This document shows, piece after piece, positions 29,120-40,500 of a DNA stretch of 64,000 bases (position 1 is the stretch's first letter; each line of letters starts with the position of its first letter). Position numbers and translations under genes: made by a program. The notes under the pieces were generated by a model, which did not search any database, was not told the origin of the DNA, and was given only the letters and a program-made list of their open reading frames with translations. The stretch lies in assembly GCA_963669175.1 (NCBI GenBank), contig OY769902.1, forward strand, positions 4,096,001-4,160,000, in the 5' to 3' direction. Origin of the DNA: a bacterium (lineage in GTDB: Bacteria; Electryoneota; Electryoneia; Electryoneales; Electryoneaceae).

Positions 29120-30346
29120 TTACGGTTGCGGCAATCCTTCAAGAGACAGTAGCGCCGCAATTCTCCTGGCAATATCCGTATTATCAAAGACTCCCGTAAA
29201 CATCAAGCTGCCGGGACCGTAAGCGTAAACCGGCACTCCCTGTGCAGTATGACTTCCGCTGGCCCAGTTCGGATTCAAGTTGCTACCGTCCCGCTCACCT
29301 TCCTTAATTTCCAGGCCGCCGGTTTCATGATCAGCGGTCACAATGACCAGTGTTCCCGGATGCGATTGGGCGAATTCAGTCGCCACCCTCACTGCATCGT
29401 CAAACAGCAATGTCTGCCGAAGCATGTAATCAAAATTGTTATCATGGCCAGCCCAGTCAATCTGGCTGCCCTCAACCATCAGGAAAAAGCCATCGGGATC
29501 TTCTTCCAGGACATCCAGCGCCTTTGCTGTCATTTCAGCCAGGGTCGGTTCAGGTCGAACAGTCATCAAGTATCCCGCCTGAAACATCCCGATCATTTTC
29601 TTTTTATCGTTCGCCTGGTCCAGTTCATCCTTGCTAAACAGAATCTGGTACCCTGCCTCTTTCATTTCTTCCAGAAGGTTCCGGCCATCGATACGCTTGC
29701 CGTCTTCATCTTCCGGGACAAAGAATTTCCAGCCACCGCCCAGCATCACATCAGCGCCACAACCAGCCATCTGTTCGGCAATATCAACCATCTGGCTGCG
29801 TTGAGGTACATGTGAAGCAAACCCGGCCGGGGTAGCGTGGGTAATCGCTGAAGTTGCCACGACTCCGGTTGCCATCCCTTTTTCCTGAGCTGCCTCACGG
29901 ATATTTTTCACAATGGTCCCATCAGGCAACATGCCGATACGGCCATTTGTGGTTTTCACTCCACAAGCAAGGGCGGTTACACTTCCTGCTGAATCAGTGA
30001 TTAACTTGTCAGCCGAATACACATCCATCAAGCCAGTAACCGGCAGACGTTCAAAGTGCAATCTACCTTCCGGACCGAACTTGAAAAAACGTGTCGATTG
30101 TGCGTGAACCAGCCCCATTCCATCGCCAATGAGCAAAATGACATTCTTTACATCATTGTCATAATTCATCGGTAAGGGTTTGGTCGATTCGGCAACAGTA
30201 TATGGTGTTTCAACATCTTCAACACCACGCGTATCGCCACGCCCCCCCGCCCAGACAGACAGGGTTACCAACGGGAAAAACAGGGCTACAGCCAAAAGGC
30301 TGTGAAACCTTCCTCTGAACCAATGCTTTGCGATCATCCCGTTCAC
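29120..30346 (-). CDS. phoA: Alkaline phosphatase (PhoA family)
   Basis: KNVILLIGDGMG, TDSA (catalytic Ser), THATPA, FFLMVEG..IDWAGH, TADHETGG. Confidence 0.95.
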   Translation of the reverse strand: MNGMIAKHWFRGRFHSLLAVALFFPLVTLSVWAGGRGDTRGVEDVETPYTVAESTKPLPMNYDNDVKNVILLIGDGMGLVHAQSTRFFKFGPEGRLHFERLPVTGLMDVYSADKLITDSAGSVTALACGVKTTNGRIGMLPDGTIVKNIREAAQEKGMATGVVATSAITHATPAGFASHVPQRSQMVDIAEQMAGCGADVMLGGGWKFFVPEDEDGKRIDGRNLLEEMKEAGYQILFSKDELDQANDKKKMIGMFQAGYLMTVRPEPTLAEMTAKALDVLEEDPDGFFLMVEGSQIDWAGHDNNFDYMLRQTLLFDDAVRVATEFAQSHPGTLVIVTADHETGGLEIKEGERDGSNLNPNWASGSHTAQGVPVYAYGPGSLMFTGVFDNTDIARRIAALLSLEGLPQP

Positions 30347-30356
30347 ACCTGATAGA

Positions 30357-32765
30357 CTATTTAATCACCAGGAACTTACCAACTTTCACATCACCGTTCG
30401 AAAGATCTTCCACGGTGAAAACATATAGCCCGGTAGCAATTTCCTGGTCATCCTTGCTGAGAAGATCCCAGGCATGTTCACCACCGGCAAAAGCACGCCG
30501 CTCACTGCTGTCTGAACCACGTGTCACACGTTCAACATCACTGCCATCATAGGTTGCGGAATTGTGGGTAAAACTATCGACCAGTTCCCCTGCAAGGGTG
30601 AAAATCTTGACCTCACAACGTGCCGGCAGATACCGGAACCAGATCAGGCGGTCGCGTGCGGATGTGCCATCCCACTTCGCGCTGCCACGATACGGGTTCG
30701 GATAGACACTGACTCGTTCATCACCGGCTTCGGCTGCCGGTGTGCCCGGGTAAGCATACGTACGATTGGCCAAAACCGGCGATTGCAGACTGGGAAGATT
30801 GTTCTCTTCATCACCACGGTCGAATGAGACAACGGAATAGTAGAGATCACGCGGCCAACCGTTCAGGACACCCGTGTTTTCCCATTTATACTGGTAGTCA
30901 ACACCGTTTATCTCGACAGGACCATCTTCAATCGTAATCAGGTCAAATCCTGTGTTATATCCTACAAGGGTTGAATCACCGGGATCAATGGTATAATCGA
31001 CATCAAACTCGGCCAGCAATGACCATTCGGATGAGCTGCCTTCTGTTTTCGGCGATCCGTAAATCCGGTACCCTTCGAAGTCCATCTTGTTCGAGATCGG
31101 ATCGATGGTGCTTTCCGGGGTGTTGTTCCAATAAACTGTCACCTTCTGGTTTTCCGGAACAAGTGTCATCTGGGGCGATGGCGGCGCCTCAGGAAGGATA
31201 TACCGTGTAATCTTGCCGTCGCCATCGGTGTCCTCGCCGGGGTCCAGTTCGCCGTTACCGTTACGGTCTTCACCGTTATAAGCAACCTGGGCCCAGTCCG
31301 CATTACGATAGATATTTGTACGACGCTCGTCGTTATCTACCCCGGAACCGTTCCACAGTCCGCCAATGATACCAAGCGCCACCTTGAAACGTGTGCCCGG
31401 CGCCATGTCCGGCATGGGACCACAGGTGAGCAGCATCATCCAGGACTGTTCATAGGAATCATCAAGCGGAAGGCTGGCGTAGCCGGTCCCACCCTTGAAT
31501 TCACCCATGTATTCATAGCGTTCTTCTTCGTCCGCCGGAATGGGCCAGTTCGAACTGTAGGAAGAGCCGCGCCATGTCCACTGGTTGAAGAACGTACTCC
31601 AGTCCGTGCCACGTGGCTCGGCGCCCAGCACCTGTACGCCCAGGTAGCTCTGCGCCCAACCGGCATCACCATCCACATCCCACTGCATGGCGAGCCTGCG
31701 GTCTGGCTCATAGTCGTTCAAATTATCATACCAGTTAAAACGACCACCGGGACCACCGCTGTTGTCGTAAACTGAGGTGTAGTTCATGTTGCCGACAGAC
31801 GCATCCACCCAGATTCCGAAATAGGGCGCTTCAATGACATCGCCGTACCAGATGGTATCGCCTGTAGCATATTCCACACTCACAGAATCAGAATACTGGA
31901 CTGTGGTATCTGATTCGGCAATCTCCCAACCGGTCGGAATGTTTGTAATCGTGTAGTCAAGGATGGAAAAGGAATTGGCGAAACTGTGATACCAGGCGTA
32001 TGCTTCCTGGTAGATATGAACGCCCAGGGGCTCGTGATCGGGAATAGAAATCCCGGTTCCCGGTACGACCGTGTTGGTGTCGGTATAAGCACAGATCAAA
32101 TCCTGGTGACTGATCGCATTGGGATCGAAGAACCGGGCATAGTTGGCGTAAGGATTGGATTCTGCATCACCGGAGGCATCATAGATGGAACTGCGCGTTA
32201 CCAGTGTATCCCAGGTTGTCGATGGAAACTCAATATATCCATTGGACACCTGGGCGTTGATAGCGCCACCGATGGTAATAACGCTGTCCGCCGACAGTCG
32301 TGAGAAATCGTACCTTCTGTCAATCTTGTTTACATGCTCAAAAATCGGGCTGAATTTGATCCGATCAGTAGCCGATGAGGTAAACTCCCAACCGCCATCT
32401 TCGTAATCGAACACACCGTCATAAATGGCTGTGCTGACATAGGCACGGTTATTTTTAACACCTCCCACCCATATCCCCGAGTATGAGAAGTGCTCAATCT
32501 GTTCCTGCAACATGCTGCTCTTCAGGCGGTACCAGCAGGAAGGCTGATCCTCATTATTGTAGCCCTGCCCGAGAACACCAAAGTTGGTGATCGTCAGTCC
32601 AATATCCCCGACATTGTGATAATGCCAGTAATCGTCGGACAACGTGTTTCGGGTCTGGTGATCACGTCCACCAGCCGCCCAAACGCTGGTAACCAGCAGA
32701 CAAATAAGAAGTATACCGACAAACTTCACCCTTCCGGTGAGTCGCCGGTCATCCAATCTGTACAT
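30357..32765 (-). CDS. Large secreted protein with EF-hand-like motif, Fn3-like domain and T9SS-like CTD
   Basis: Signal peptide; GEDRNGNGELDPGEDTDGDG; DFEGYRIY; VYPNPY...IFTLAGELV...WDL...ATGLY...GKFLVIK. Start uncertain. Confidence 0.7.
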   Translation of the reverse strand: MYRLDDRRLTGRVKFVGILLICLLVTSVWAAGGRDHQTRNTLSDDYWHYHNVGDIGLTITNFGVLGQGYNNEDQPSCWYRLKSSMLQEQIEHFSYSGIWVGGVKNNRAYVSTAIYDGVFDYEDGGWEFTSSATDRIKFSPIFEHVNKIDRRYDFSRLSADSVITIGGAINAQVSNGYIEFPSTTWDTLVTRSSIYDASGDAESNPYANYARFFDPNAISHQDLICAYTDTNTVVPGTGISIPDHEPLGVHIYQEAYAWYHSFANSFSILDYTITNIPTGWEIAESDTTVQYSDSVSVEYATGDTIWYGDVIEAPYFGIWVDASVGNMNYTSVYDNSGGPGGRFNWYDNLNDYEPDRRLAMQWDVDGDAGWAQSYLGVQVLGAEPRGTDWSTFFNQWTWRGSSYSSNWPIPADEEERYEYMGEFKGGTGYASLPLDDSYEQSWMMLLTCGPMPDMAPGTRFKVALGIIGGLWNGSGVDNDERRTNIYRNADWAQVAYNGEDRNGNGELDPGEDTDGDGKITRYILPEAPPSPQMTLVPENQKVTVYWNNTPESTIDPISNKMDFEGYRIYGSPKTEGSSSEWSLLAEFDVDYTIDPGDSTLVGYNTGFDLITIEDGPVEINGVDYQYKWENTGVLNGWPRDLYYSVVSFDRGDEENNLPSLQSPVLANRTYAYPGTPAAEAGDERVSVYPNPYRGSAKWDGTSARDRLIWFRYLPARCEVKIFTLAGELVDSFTHNSATYDGSDVERVTRGSDSSERRAFAGGEHAWDLLSKDDQEIATGLYVFTVEDLSNGDVKVGKFLVIK

Positions 32766-32900
32766 GGCTTTTTCCATGAATTGAGCAATTCCTTGAGGTC
32801 GCCTGTATCCACTTCTCGTACGGCTCGAACGGTGAATGTACAAAGACATACTCGTTTAAGCACCCCTCTCCTAACATTTTTTTCAACTCCTTATACATGG

Positions 32901-32960
32901 TGATTACTACTTATTTTTGTTGTGATTACTACCTAAACCAATGAGAAGTAAGGTAGTATT
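32901..32960. promoter_or_regulatory. Candidate operator in divergent promoter region
   Basis: TGATTACTAC at 32901 and 32923 (22-bp period), plus an inverted copy AGGTAGTATT at 32951. Confidence 0.4.
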
Positions 32961-33258
32961 CCAATTGTTAGCATTCTTTTAAGAAAATGCCAGCCTTCAA
33001 CTCTCGGAGCGTCAAAAAAATAAGAATACCCTCCACTTACAGGCAGGGGCGTCAATTTCTTATCGCAATGTTTGCACTGTGTTAAATATTAAGCTCTTGA
33101 GAGAACAGCCTGTTCAAGAAAGAAACTGCAACGAAACGCTGATGGGGCTTTGATGTATCTCCTATCTTCTTTACCTTTACGAGTTAACATGGAACCCTGA
33201 TTTACTGAAGATTGTGTAGACTCACAGCCGAGCCGGCCCAAAAACGAGAAGAAACATC

Positions 33259-34569
33259 ATGAGGCTTTCATCAAGTCGTGTATACTTCACCAAACTTCCT
33301 GTCTTCCTGCTATTGTCGCTGATAGCACTGGGATGCGGTGGTCCTGAACTTCCTACTTTTACGGTACAACGTGGATCCTTCACTGTCAGCATAACAGAAA
33401 CCGGTGAATTGGGTGCGACAAAATCTGTGAGTGTATCTGCTCCTCGCATTCGAACAAGGAGCCTCCAGATTGTGCAGCTTGCTGAAAAGGGATCACTTGT
33501 CGAGAAAGGCGATACTCTGATTGTATTTGATGGCACAGAAATGAGGAAAGCCATCGAAGAAGCCCAGAACAAGCTTGATATCGCCATTGCCAACCGTGAG
33601 AAAAGCCTGGCCTCCATGGCATCGAGCATGGCGGCGCTTGAAGCCTCGCTGAAAAGCGCCCAGGCAGGATACAAGCTTGCCGAACTGCAACTCAAACAGA
33701 TGCAGTTTGAGGCCGAAATAAAACGGCAGGAAGTTCAACTTCAATTGGAACAAGCCCAGATCAGCCTGAAACAGGCTGAGGAGAAGATTGAACAGCAGAA
33801 GAAGATTGATGAAGCGGATCGTCGCACCCTTGATTTGCAGGTGGAACAGGCGGAAGCGGATCTTGACCTGACTCGAAACGACTTGAAGAAGTTGACCGTC
33901 CTCGCCCCCCAACCCGGATTGGTCGTCTACAAAAAGATCTGGAAAGGTGGCGATTTTTCTGAGGTCCAGATAGGTGATGAACCCTGGCCGGGGCAAGCGC
34001 TTATTGAATTGCCTGACCTGAACAATATGCAGGCGAACAGCGCCGTAAGTGAAGTGGATGTTTCCCGGGTTAAAACCGGGCAAAGAGCCAGTATCGTACT
34101 GGATGCCTTCCCGGACCAATCCTTCGCAGGCGAAGTCACTGATGTTGCGACTCTGGCGCGATTGGATGAAAACGCTTCCGGTGAAGTGAAAGTCTTTGAC
34201 GTTGAAATCGCAGTTCTCGAAACTGATCCGATTTTAAAACCAGGCATGACAGTTTCTGTCACGATCATCGTAGACGAAGCTGATTCAGTCCTGTCCGTTC
34301 CACTTGACGCAGTATTTGTTGAAGATGGCGGTCAAGTTGTCTACAGAACGCGTGGCGGTGCGACGGAGATTGTTACCGGGCTGCGCAATGAAAACTTTGT
34401 CGTGGTCGAGGAAGGGTTGAAAGAACGCGATAAGGTCTACCTGGTTGATCCCAACAAACCATTTGACGCAGAATCCTATACCGGTTCAGGACAGCAGGAG
34501 ATGAAATCCGATAACGGACCGAGTACCACAACGAAGACGACAAGAACCGTAACCGTCATCGGCGGGTAA
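33259..34569 (+). CDS. Efflux periplasmic adaptor subunit (HlyD/MacA-like), lipoprotein
   Basis: Lipobox ALGC; GSLVEKGD lipoyl half-motif; coiled coil; APQPGLV; LKPGMT. Confidence 0.9.
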   Translation: MRLSSSRVYFTKLPVFLLLSLIALGCGGPELPTFTVQRGSFTVSITETGELGATKSVSVSAPRIRTRSLQIVQLAEKGSLVEKGDTLIVFDGTEMRKAIEEAQNKLDIAIANREKSLASMASSMAALEASLKSAQAGYKLAELQLKQMQFEAEIKRQEVQLQLEQAQISLKQAEEKIEQQKKIDEADRRTLDLQVEQAEADLDLTRNDLKKLTVLAPQPGLVVYKKIWKGGDFSEVQIGDEPWPGQALIELPDLNNMQANSAVSEVDVSRVKTGQRASIVLDAFPDQSFAGEVTDVATLARLDENASGEVKVFDVEIAVLETDPILKPGMTVSVTIIVDEADSVLSVPLDAVFVEDGGQVVYRTRGGATEIVTGLRNENFVVVEEGLKERDKVYLVDPNKPFDAESYTGSGQQEMKSDNGPSTTTKTTRTVTVIGG

Positions 34570-34631
34570 CTCACAGACGAGAATTCCGTTACAGGATTGG
34601 GTTATTTAACCGAAAGGGAACTTCCCGCTCC

Positions 34632-35861
34632 ATGACTATCCAGGAAAACGCACGAATCGGGTTGCAGGCACTCATGGCACAGAAAGTCCGTAGCTTTCTG
34701 ACCATGCTGGGGATCATTTTCGGAGTTGCGGCTGTTGTTGCGATGACATCCATCGGCGCAGGAGCACGTCAGGAATTGCTCGACGCCATTAAAGTGATGG
34801 GTGTAAACAACTTCATTGTACGTACTTCAGACTTGGATGGAGATGAATTAAACACTGCCATCGAACGCAATCCCAAGAAAATGAGTTTCGCCGATGTTGA
34901 GGCGCTTCGCACGATTGTAACTGAAGCACAGTTCATTGTCCCTGTCAGGGTGTATGAGAGTAAAACTCAGTTGCCTGCAGTTCAATCAGTCAATCTCGTT
35001 GGCACAACTCCTGAATACCAGAACCTGCAAGCGCTTACGCTGGTTGCCGGCAGGTTCCTGAAAGAGTCCGACATGACCAGCCGAGCTCCAGTGATTATTA
35101 TTTCGGAGAAGATGAAACGTGAGCTCTTCCCCCTGTCATCGGGACTGGGCGAGCAAGTCAAACTGCTGGACCAATGGTATACCATTGTTGGTGTCGTCCG
35201 CCCTCCTGTCAGCGGGAAGAGTATTCCCGGCATGGACATGCGTGATCTTCACGATGATATATACACTCCTATAAAAACGATGCAGGCGCGTGTCGCAGTG
35301 TCTCCGGAATCATCCCCTATCAGCGAGATCGTTATCCAGGCGCCGGACGAGAACCAGGTACGCATCACCGCTGCTGTTGTTTCTAGAGTGATAAAGCGAC
35401 GTCACCGTGATGCGAACGATTTCGAAGTCATTGTGCCGGTGGAATTGCTGAAACAGAGCCAGAAGACACAACGCATTTTCAACATTGTGATGGGAGCAAT
35501 CGCGTCCATTTCTCTGCTGGTCGGCGGCATCGGGATCATGAATATCATGCTCTCCAGTGTTCTCGAACGCACCCGTGAGATCGGGGTACGACGCGCCGTT
35601 GGCGCCACCCGAACCAATGTTGTCACGCAATTCCTGATTGAAGCGGTCATGCTGAGTGTGCTGGGTGGTTTTATCGGCATTGTCATCGGGGCTTTGATGG
35701 CGTGGCTGATCACCCTGTTCGCAGGTTGGACAACAGTACTGGGCATAAAAGCGGTAATTCTGGCTTTTGGCGTTTCTGCGGGAGTTGGCATCCTGTTCGG
35801 CTGGTGGCCAGCGAAAAAAGCCGCTGAAATGGATGTCATCAATGCGCTGCGATATGAGTAG
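34632..35861 (+). CDS. ABC transporter permease, MacB family
   Basis: RSFLTMLGIIFGV; ISLLVGGIGIMNIML..V.ERTREIGVRRAVGA; terminal ALRYE. Confidence 0.95.
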   Translation: MTIQENARIGLQALMAQKVRSFLTMLGIIFGVAAVVAMTSIGAGARQELLDAIKVMGVNNFIVRTSDLDGDELNTAIERNPKKMSFADVEALRTIVTEAQFIVPVRVYESKTQLPAVQSVNLVGTTPEYQNLQALTLVAGRFLKESDMTSRAPVIIISEKMKRELFPLSSGLGEQVKLLDQWYTIVGVVRPPVSGKSIPGMDMRDLHDDIYTPIKTMQARVAVSPESSPISEIVIQAPDENQVRITAAVVSRVIKRRHRDANDFEVIVPVELLKQSQKTQRIFNIVMGAIASISLLVGGIGIMNIMLSSVLERTREIGVRRAVGATRTNVVTQFLIEAVMLSVLGGFIGIVIGALMAWLITLFAGWTTVLGIKAVILAFGVSAGVGILFGWWPAKKAAEMDVINALRYE

Positions 35862-35883
35862 TAACTTGAACACACGAGCTACC

Positions 35884-37419
35884 ATGTACAACTTTAAAAG
35901 ACATACAGCCGTATTTGTCCTGTTATTGCCGATACTGCTTGGTATGAGCAGCACGGGCATATCCCAGGGACAGGACACGCTGTTTATTGATCTGCGAATG
36001 GCGCTGGAACTTGCCTGGGAAGGCGCCCCGGATATGATATACAGTCAGCTCAACGACGAGTCTGCCCTGCTGAACATGAAGCTGGCCAAGGCCAATTATT
36101 ACTTCCCGCGGCTGGACATGAACCTTCAGACGCCTTCGCTGGAAGAAACCCAGACAGAAGCATCCGTCTATGATGCCACTGTGGGCGAGAATGTTTATAA
36201 ATGGTCCAGCACAAAATCACGCATGTGGTATGGTAACCTGGCGTTGTCACAACCTCTTCCGACTGGCGGTGACCTCAGCCTGGTGTCAACTTTTTATGAG
36301 AACTTCCGTAAAGACCAGTACGCAGATGATGAAACCCTTCGGAGCATGGCCTACAGGCTGGAGGTATCGCAGGATTTCCTGAACGGGAACCAGAGAAAAC
36401 GTGTCTACGACCGTGCCAAGCTCAGCTACGATCGAACCCGCTGGGGGTCCAGCCGTTCACGTCGCCAACTGGCCTACCAGATATTGCAGGCGTATTATTC
36501 TTTGCTGACCAGCCAGCGTTCACTCGAGATTTCCAGCGATGACCTGGAAGCCTCGAGTGAAATGGCGCAACTGGCAAGAAACAAGTATGAAGCCGGGCTG
36601 ATCCCTGAATCGGAAGCGCTGCAACTGGAAGTGGAAGTCCTTGAAAAAGAAGCCACTCTTGCTACAGAGGTCTCTACTCTGGCAACCAGCCTGGAAGCAT
36701 TCCGTATCACACTCGGGCTTGATCTGGACCGTCCTCTCAAGGTTATCGGCGCCCCCCAGTTCAATTCAATCTCAATTGACCTGGATAACTCTGTGGCGCT
36801 GGCGTTGGCAGAACGAGAGGATCTTCGTCAGCATGAGATCAATGTCGATCTGGCTGAATTTGATCTGAAAGACGCCAAACGTGACTATGGTCCCAGCGGC
36901 TCTATCAGCGCTTTTTACTACCTGGACAGACGTGAAGATCAGGAATGGAACGCCTTACTTAATACACCCCTGGGAGATTACCAGGTAAATCGAGGGGTTA
37001 CAGTAAGTTTTGCGGTTCCGATCTGGACTGCGGGCAGACGTAGCGCTGCCGTGCAAATGGCGAAAGTCGAATTGCGCCGAAGCCAGTTTGAAGAGGAAGA
37101 ATACAAACGCTCGATCATACTGGATGTCAGAAAATCCGTCCGTGAGATCGAAGAAGCCGAACGAAGGTATCAGACAAGCCTGCGCGCGCTGGAGCTGGCC
37201 GAGGTGTCCTATGGCCAGATGAAAGACCGGTTTGAGAACGGACAGGTGAGCGCCCGCGAATGGAGTGAATCCCAACTTGCCTTGAAACGTAGCAGAATCA
37301 ATGCTTTGAATGCTTTGATTGACCACTTGATGGCTGTTGCCGGGTTCCGTCTGGCGACCGGTCAGGATGTTGTTCCGTGGCAATCCGAAATGTCTGTTTC
37401 CCCACTTTCAGGGGATTGA
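35884..37419 (+). CDS. TolC family outer-membrane efflux protein
   Basis: Signal peptide; AYYSLL, KYEAGLI, VPIWTAG, RFENGQVS; third gene of the adaptor-permease operon. Confidence 0.88.
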   Translation: MYNFKRHTAVFVLLLPILLGMSSTGISQGQDTLFIDLRMALELAWEGAPDMIYSQLNDESALLNMKLAKANYYFPRLDMNLQTPSLEETQTEASVYDATVGENVYKWSSTKSRMWYGNLALSQPLPTGGDLSLVSTFYENFRKDQYADDETLRSMAYRLEVSQDFLNGNQRKRVYDRAKLSYDRTRWGSSRSRRQLAYQILQAYYSLLTSQRSLEISSDDLEASSEMAQLARNKYEAGLIPESEALQLEVEVLEKEATLATEVSTLATSLEAFRITLGLDLDRPLKVIGAPQFNSISIDLDNSVALALAEREDLRQHEINVDLAEFDLKDAKRDYGPSGSISAFYYLDRREDQEWNALLNTPLGDYQVNRGVTVSFAVPIWTAGRRSAAVQMAKVELRRSQFEEEEYKRSIILDVRKSVREIEEAERRYQTSLRALELAEVSYGQMKDRFENGQVSAREWSESQLALKRSRINALNALIDHLMAVAGFRLATGQDVVPWQSEMSVSPLSGD

Positions 37420-37540
37420 TAACTGTTCTAAAAATATTATATTTACACAAGATACCTTTGTTCTTGATGGTTTCAATTAACCTGGCTACAATTCCTGTGT
37501 ACTTGCTAGAACTTCACACCGGGATACCCGGAGGTATTTC

Positions 37541-40500
37541 ATGTCGCAACGAAGTGCGTTAAAGAACGATTTAAGCAGGTATAAAAAGCTCGTAAAAAAA
37601 AATCCGCTGCTGTTTTCACGGGTTGCGGATATCGAGCTGAAGCTTGGACAGTACAAATCTGCTCGCAAACGCTTGGAAGATGGCCTGCGTTATCATCCCG
37701 ACCATTCGACGGGACGATTGCTGCTGGCCAAGGCGATGGAAAAAACCGGTTCACGTGAAGAGGCTATTGACGAACTGCGTACCCTGGTTAAACAGGAGCC
37801 AATGAATACCCGGGCAAGGCGTGAGTTTATCGCGGCCCTGACCGATTCCGGGCATACCGATGAATTACGACGCCAGATGTTCCAGCTTTACCAGATTGAT
37901 CCGGAAGACAAACAGAGTCGTAAAGGGCTTCGAACCCTGATCCTGGCAAAAGTCCGGGAAAAACACCCCAATATTCACGATTGGCCGGAAGAGTGGCTGC
38001 TTGCGGATTTTACCCGTGAAGGCGCGTTGGCCAAACGTGTAGCTCGTGACATGAACCTCGCAGAGGAACGCCCCTGCCCCCCGGACGATGTGGTTCCCGC
38101 GCTGGAAGACACCGATATCATCGATACCAAGGATGAATTGCGCAGACTGGGCGAACCGCTTGATCAACCATCTGTGGCAGCCCCGAAAAAACAACCTGAC
38201 ACTCCTGAAACTGCTGTTGAGGTCAGCCAGGAAGACCTCGATGAAACCATGCATGGCGAACTTAATACTCCAGAAGAATGGCAGCTCGATAAACAGGAAG
38301 CTACCGGTACGGTAACAACCGAACCGGTTGAAGAAATTGGTGACGAGGCGACGGAAGCAGATGAGGATGATTCCGCCCTTGCTGCATTGCAGGCGGATAT
38401 GGCGGCAATGCAGTTCGATCAGGAAAAACATGCTGCACCAACAGAAATGAAAGATGAAACACTAGTGGGAGATGAAGCTTCAACTGTTGCCACCTTTGAT
38501 GTGGAGCCGTTGCCGGATGACACCGAAGCGGAAGCGGGAATGATGGCTGAACCTGCGGATGAAACGGTTCTGGAAGCTGAAACAAGTGTTGATGAAGAAG
38601 TAACAACCATTGAAGAACCTGGCATTCCGACAGAAGAGGCTGACGACACATCGCTGGAAGATGAAGAAACGGATGAAACTGAAGACGAGGAACAAGAGGA
38701 AGAGGAAGAGGAAGAGGAAGAAGAGGAATATAACCCGGTCAAGGAAGCGCTAAGAGCTGCCGGACTTGAACCGAAAAATTATGTAGACGTTAAGAAGTTG
38801 CTTGCTTTGACTGAGCAGGAAGAACCGTCATTAATCCAGAAACCTTCCATAAAGAAGGCTGCCAAACGCCAGAAACCAGCCCCGACAGAAGAAAAACCGG
38901 TAGATGACGCTGAGGCCGCAACTGCCCCGGTTCAGTTGCCCGCAGATCAAGAGCAGAAATCGGCCGCAGAAGATAAAGCTGGCGATGAGTCAGGAAAAAC
39001 TGCACCGGCTGAAACGGATGCCGCAACGCAGCCGGAAGAACAGACACCTCAGGTAGAAATTGATGACCTGGACACCTCATTCTCGAAATCGGATATTGAC
39101 TCGATGTTTAAGGAAGCTGGCATTACAAGCAAAGAAGAACTTCAACAGATGCAAAAAGAAGAACACGAAGAATTGAAACAAGAGGATTCAAGCGAAACCA
39201 TCGAGCCGGGTGATATAGAAGAAGAGAAACCGGAAGAGCCTGCTCCTGCCGATGTCCCGGAAGCAACAGATACTGAATCCGCTGATTTCAACCAGGCGGA
39301 TCTGAATGCACTGTTTGATCAAAAACAGGATGATGAGGATAGCAGCTCCTTCAGCCAGGACGATATCAACGCGCTTCTGAAAGGTGGCGCATCGAAACCC
39401 GAACCCGCGCCCGAACCGGAAGAGGAACCCGCCCCATCCGCAGGCGGAGGATCGTTCAGCCAGGACGATATTGACGCACTCCTGAAAGGCGGCGCATCGA
39501 AACCCGAACCCGAGCCGGAACCTGAGCCCGAACCGGAAGAAGAACCTGAACCGTCAGCAGGTGGCGGCTCCTTCAGCCAGGATGATATCGACGCGCTTCT
39601 GAAAGGCGGCGCTTCCAAACCGGCCCCCGAACCCGAACCGGAAGAAGAACCTGAACCGTCAGCAGGTGGCGGCTCCTTCAGCCAGGACGATATTGACGCA
39701 CTCCTGAAAGGTGGCGCATCGAAACCCGCGCCCGAACCGGAAGAAGAACCAGAACCGTCAGCAGGTGGCGGCTCCTTCAGCCAGGATGATATCGACGCGC
39801 TTCTGAAAGGCGGCGCTTCCAAACCGGCCCCCGAACCCGAACCGGAAGAAGAACCAGAACCGTCAGCAGGTGGCGGCTCCTTCAGCCAGGATGATATCGA
39901 CGCGCTTCTGAAAGGCGGCGCATCGAAACCGGAACCCGAGCCAGAACCCGAGCCTGAACCGGAAGAGGAACCCGCCCCGTCAGCAGGTGGCGGTTCCTTC
40001 AGCCAGGACGATATCGACGCGCTTCTGAAAGGCGGCGCATCGAGACCGGAACCGGAGCCAGAACCTGAAGAGGAACCCGCCCCATCAACAGGTGGCGGTT
40101 CCTTCAGCCAGGATGATATTGATGCACTCCTGAAAGGTGGCGCATCGAAACCCGAACCCGAACCGGAAGAGGAACCCGCCCCATCCGCAGGCGGAGGATC
40201 GTTCAGCCAGGATGATATTGACGCACTCCTGAAAGGCGGCGCATCGAAACCGGAATCCGAGCCCGAACCGGAAGAGGAACCGGCCCCGTCAGGAGGTGGT
40301 GGTTCGTTCAGCCAGGATGATATTGACGCACTCCTGAAAGGTGGCGCATCGAAACCGGAACCCGAGCCCGAACCGGAAGAGGAACCGGCCCCATCCGCAG
40401 GCGGAGGATCGTTCAGCCAGGATGATATTGACGCACTCCTGAAAGGCGGCGCATCGAAGCCAGAGCCAGAAGAAAATGAAATGTCCCAAGCCGCTGCACG

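Noticed and set aside
39347-40470. Possible CRISPR array
   Set aside because: The repeats are in-frame coding units with synonymous variation and near-identical spacers; no cas genes are present.
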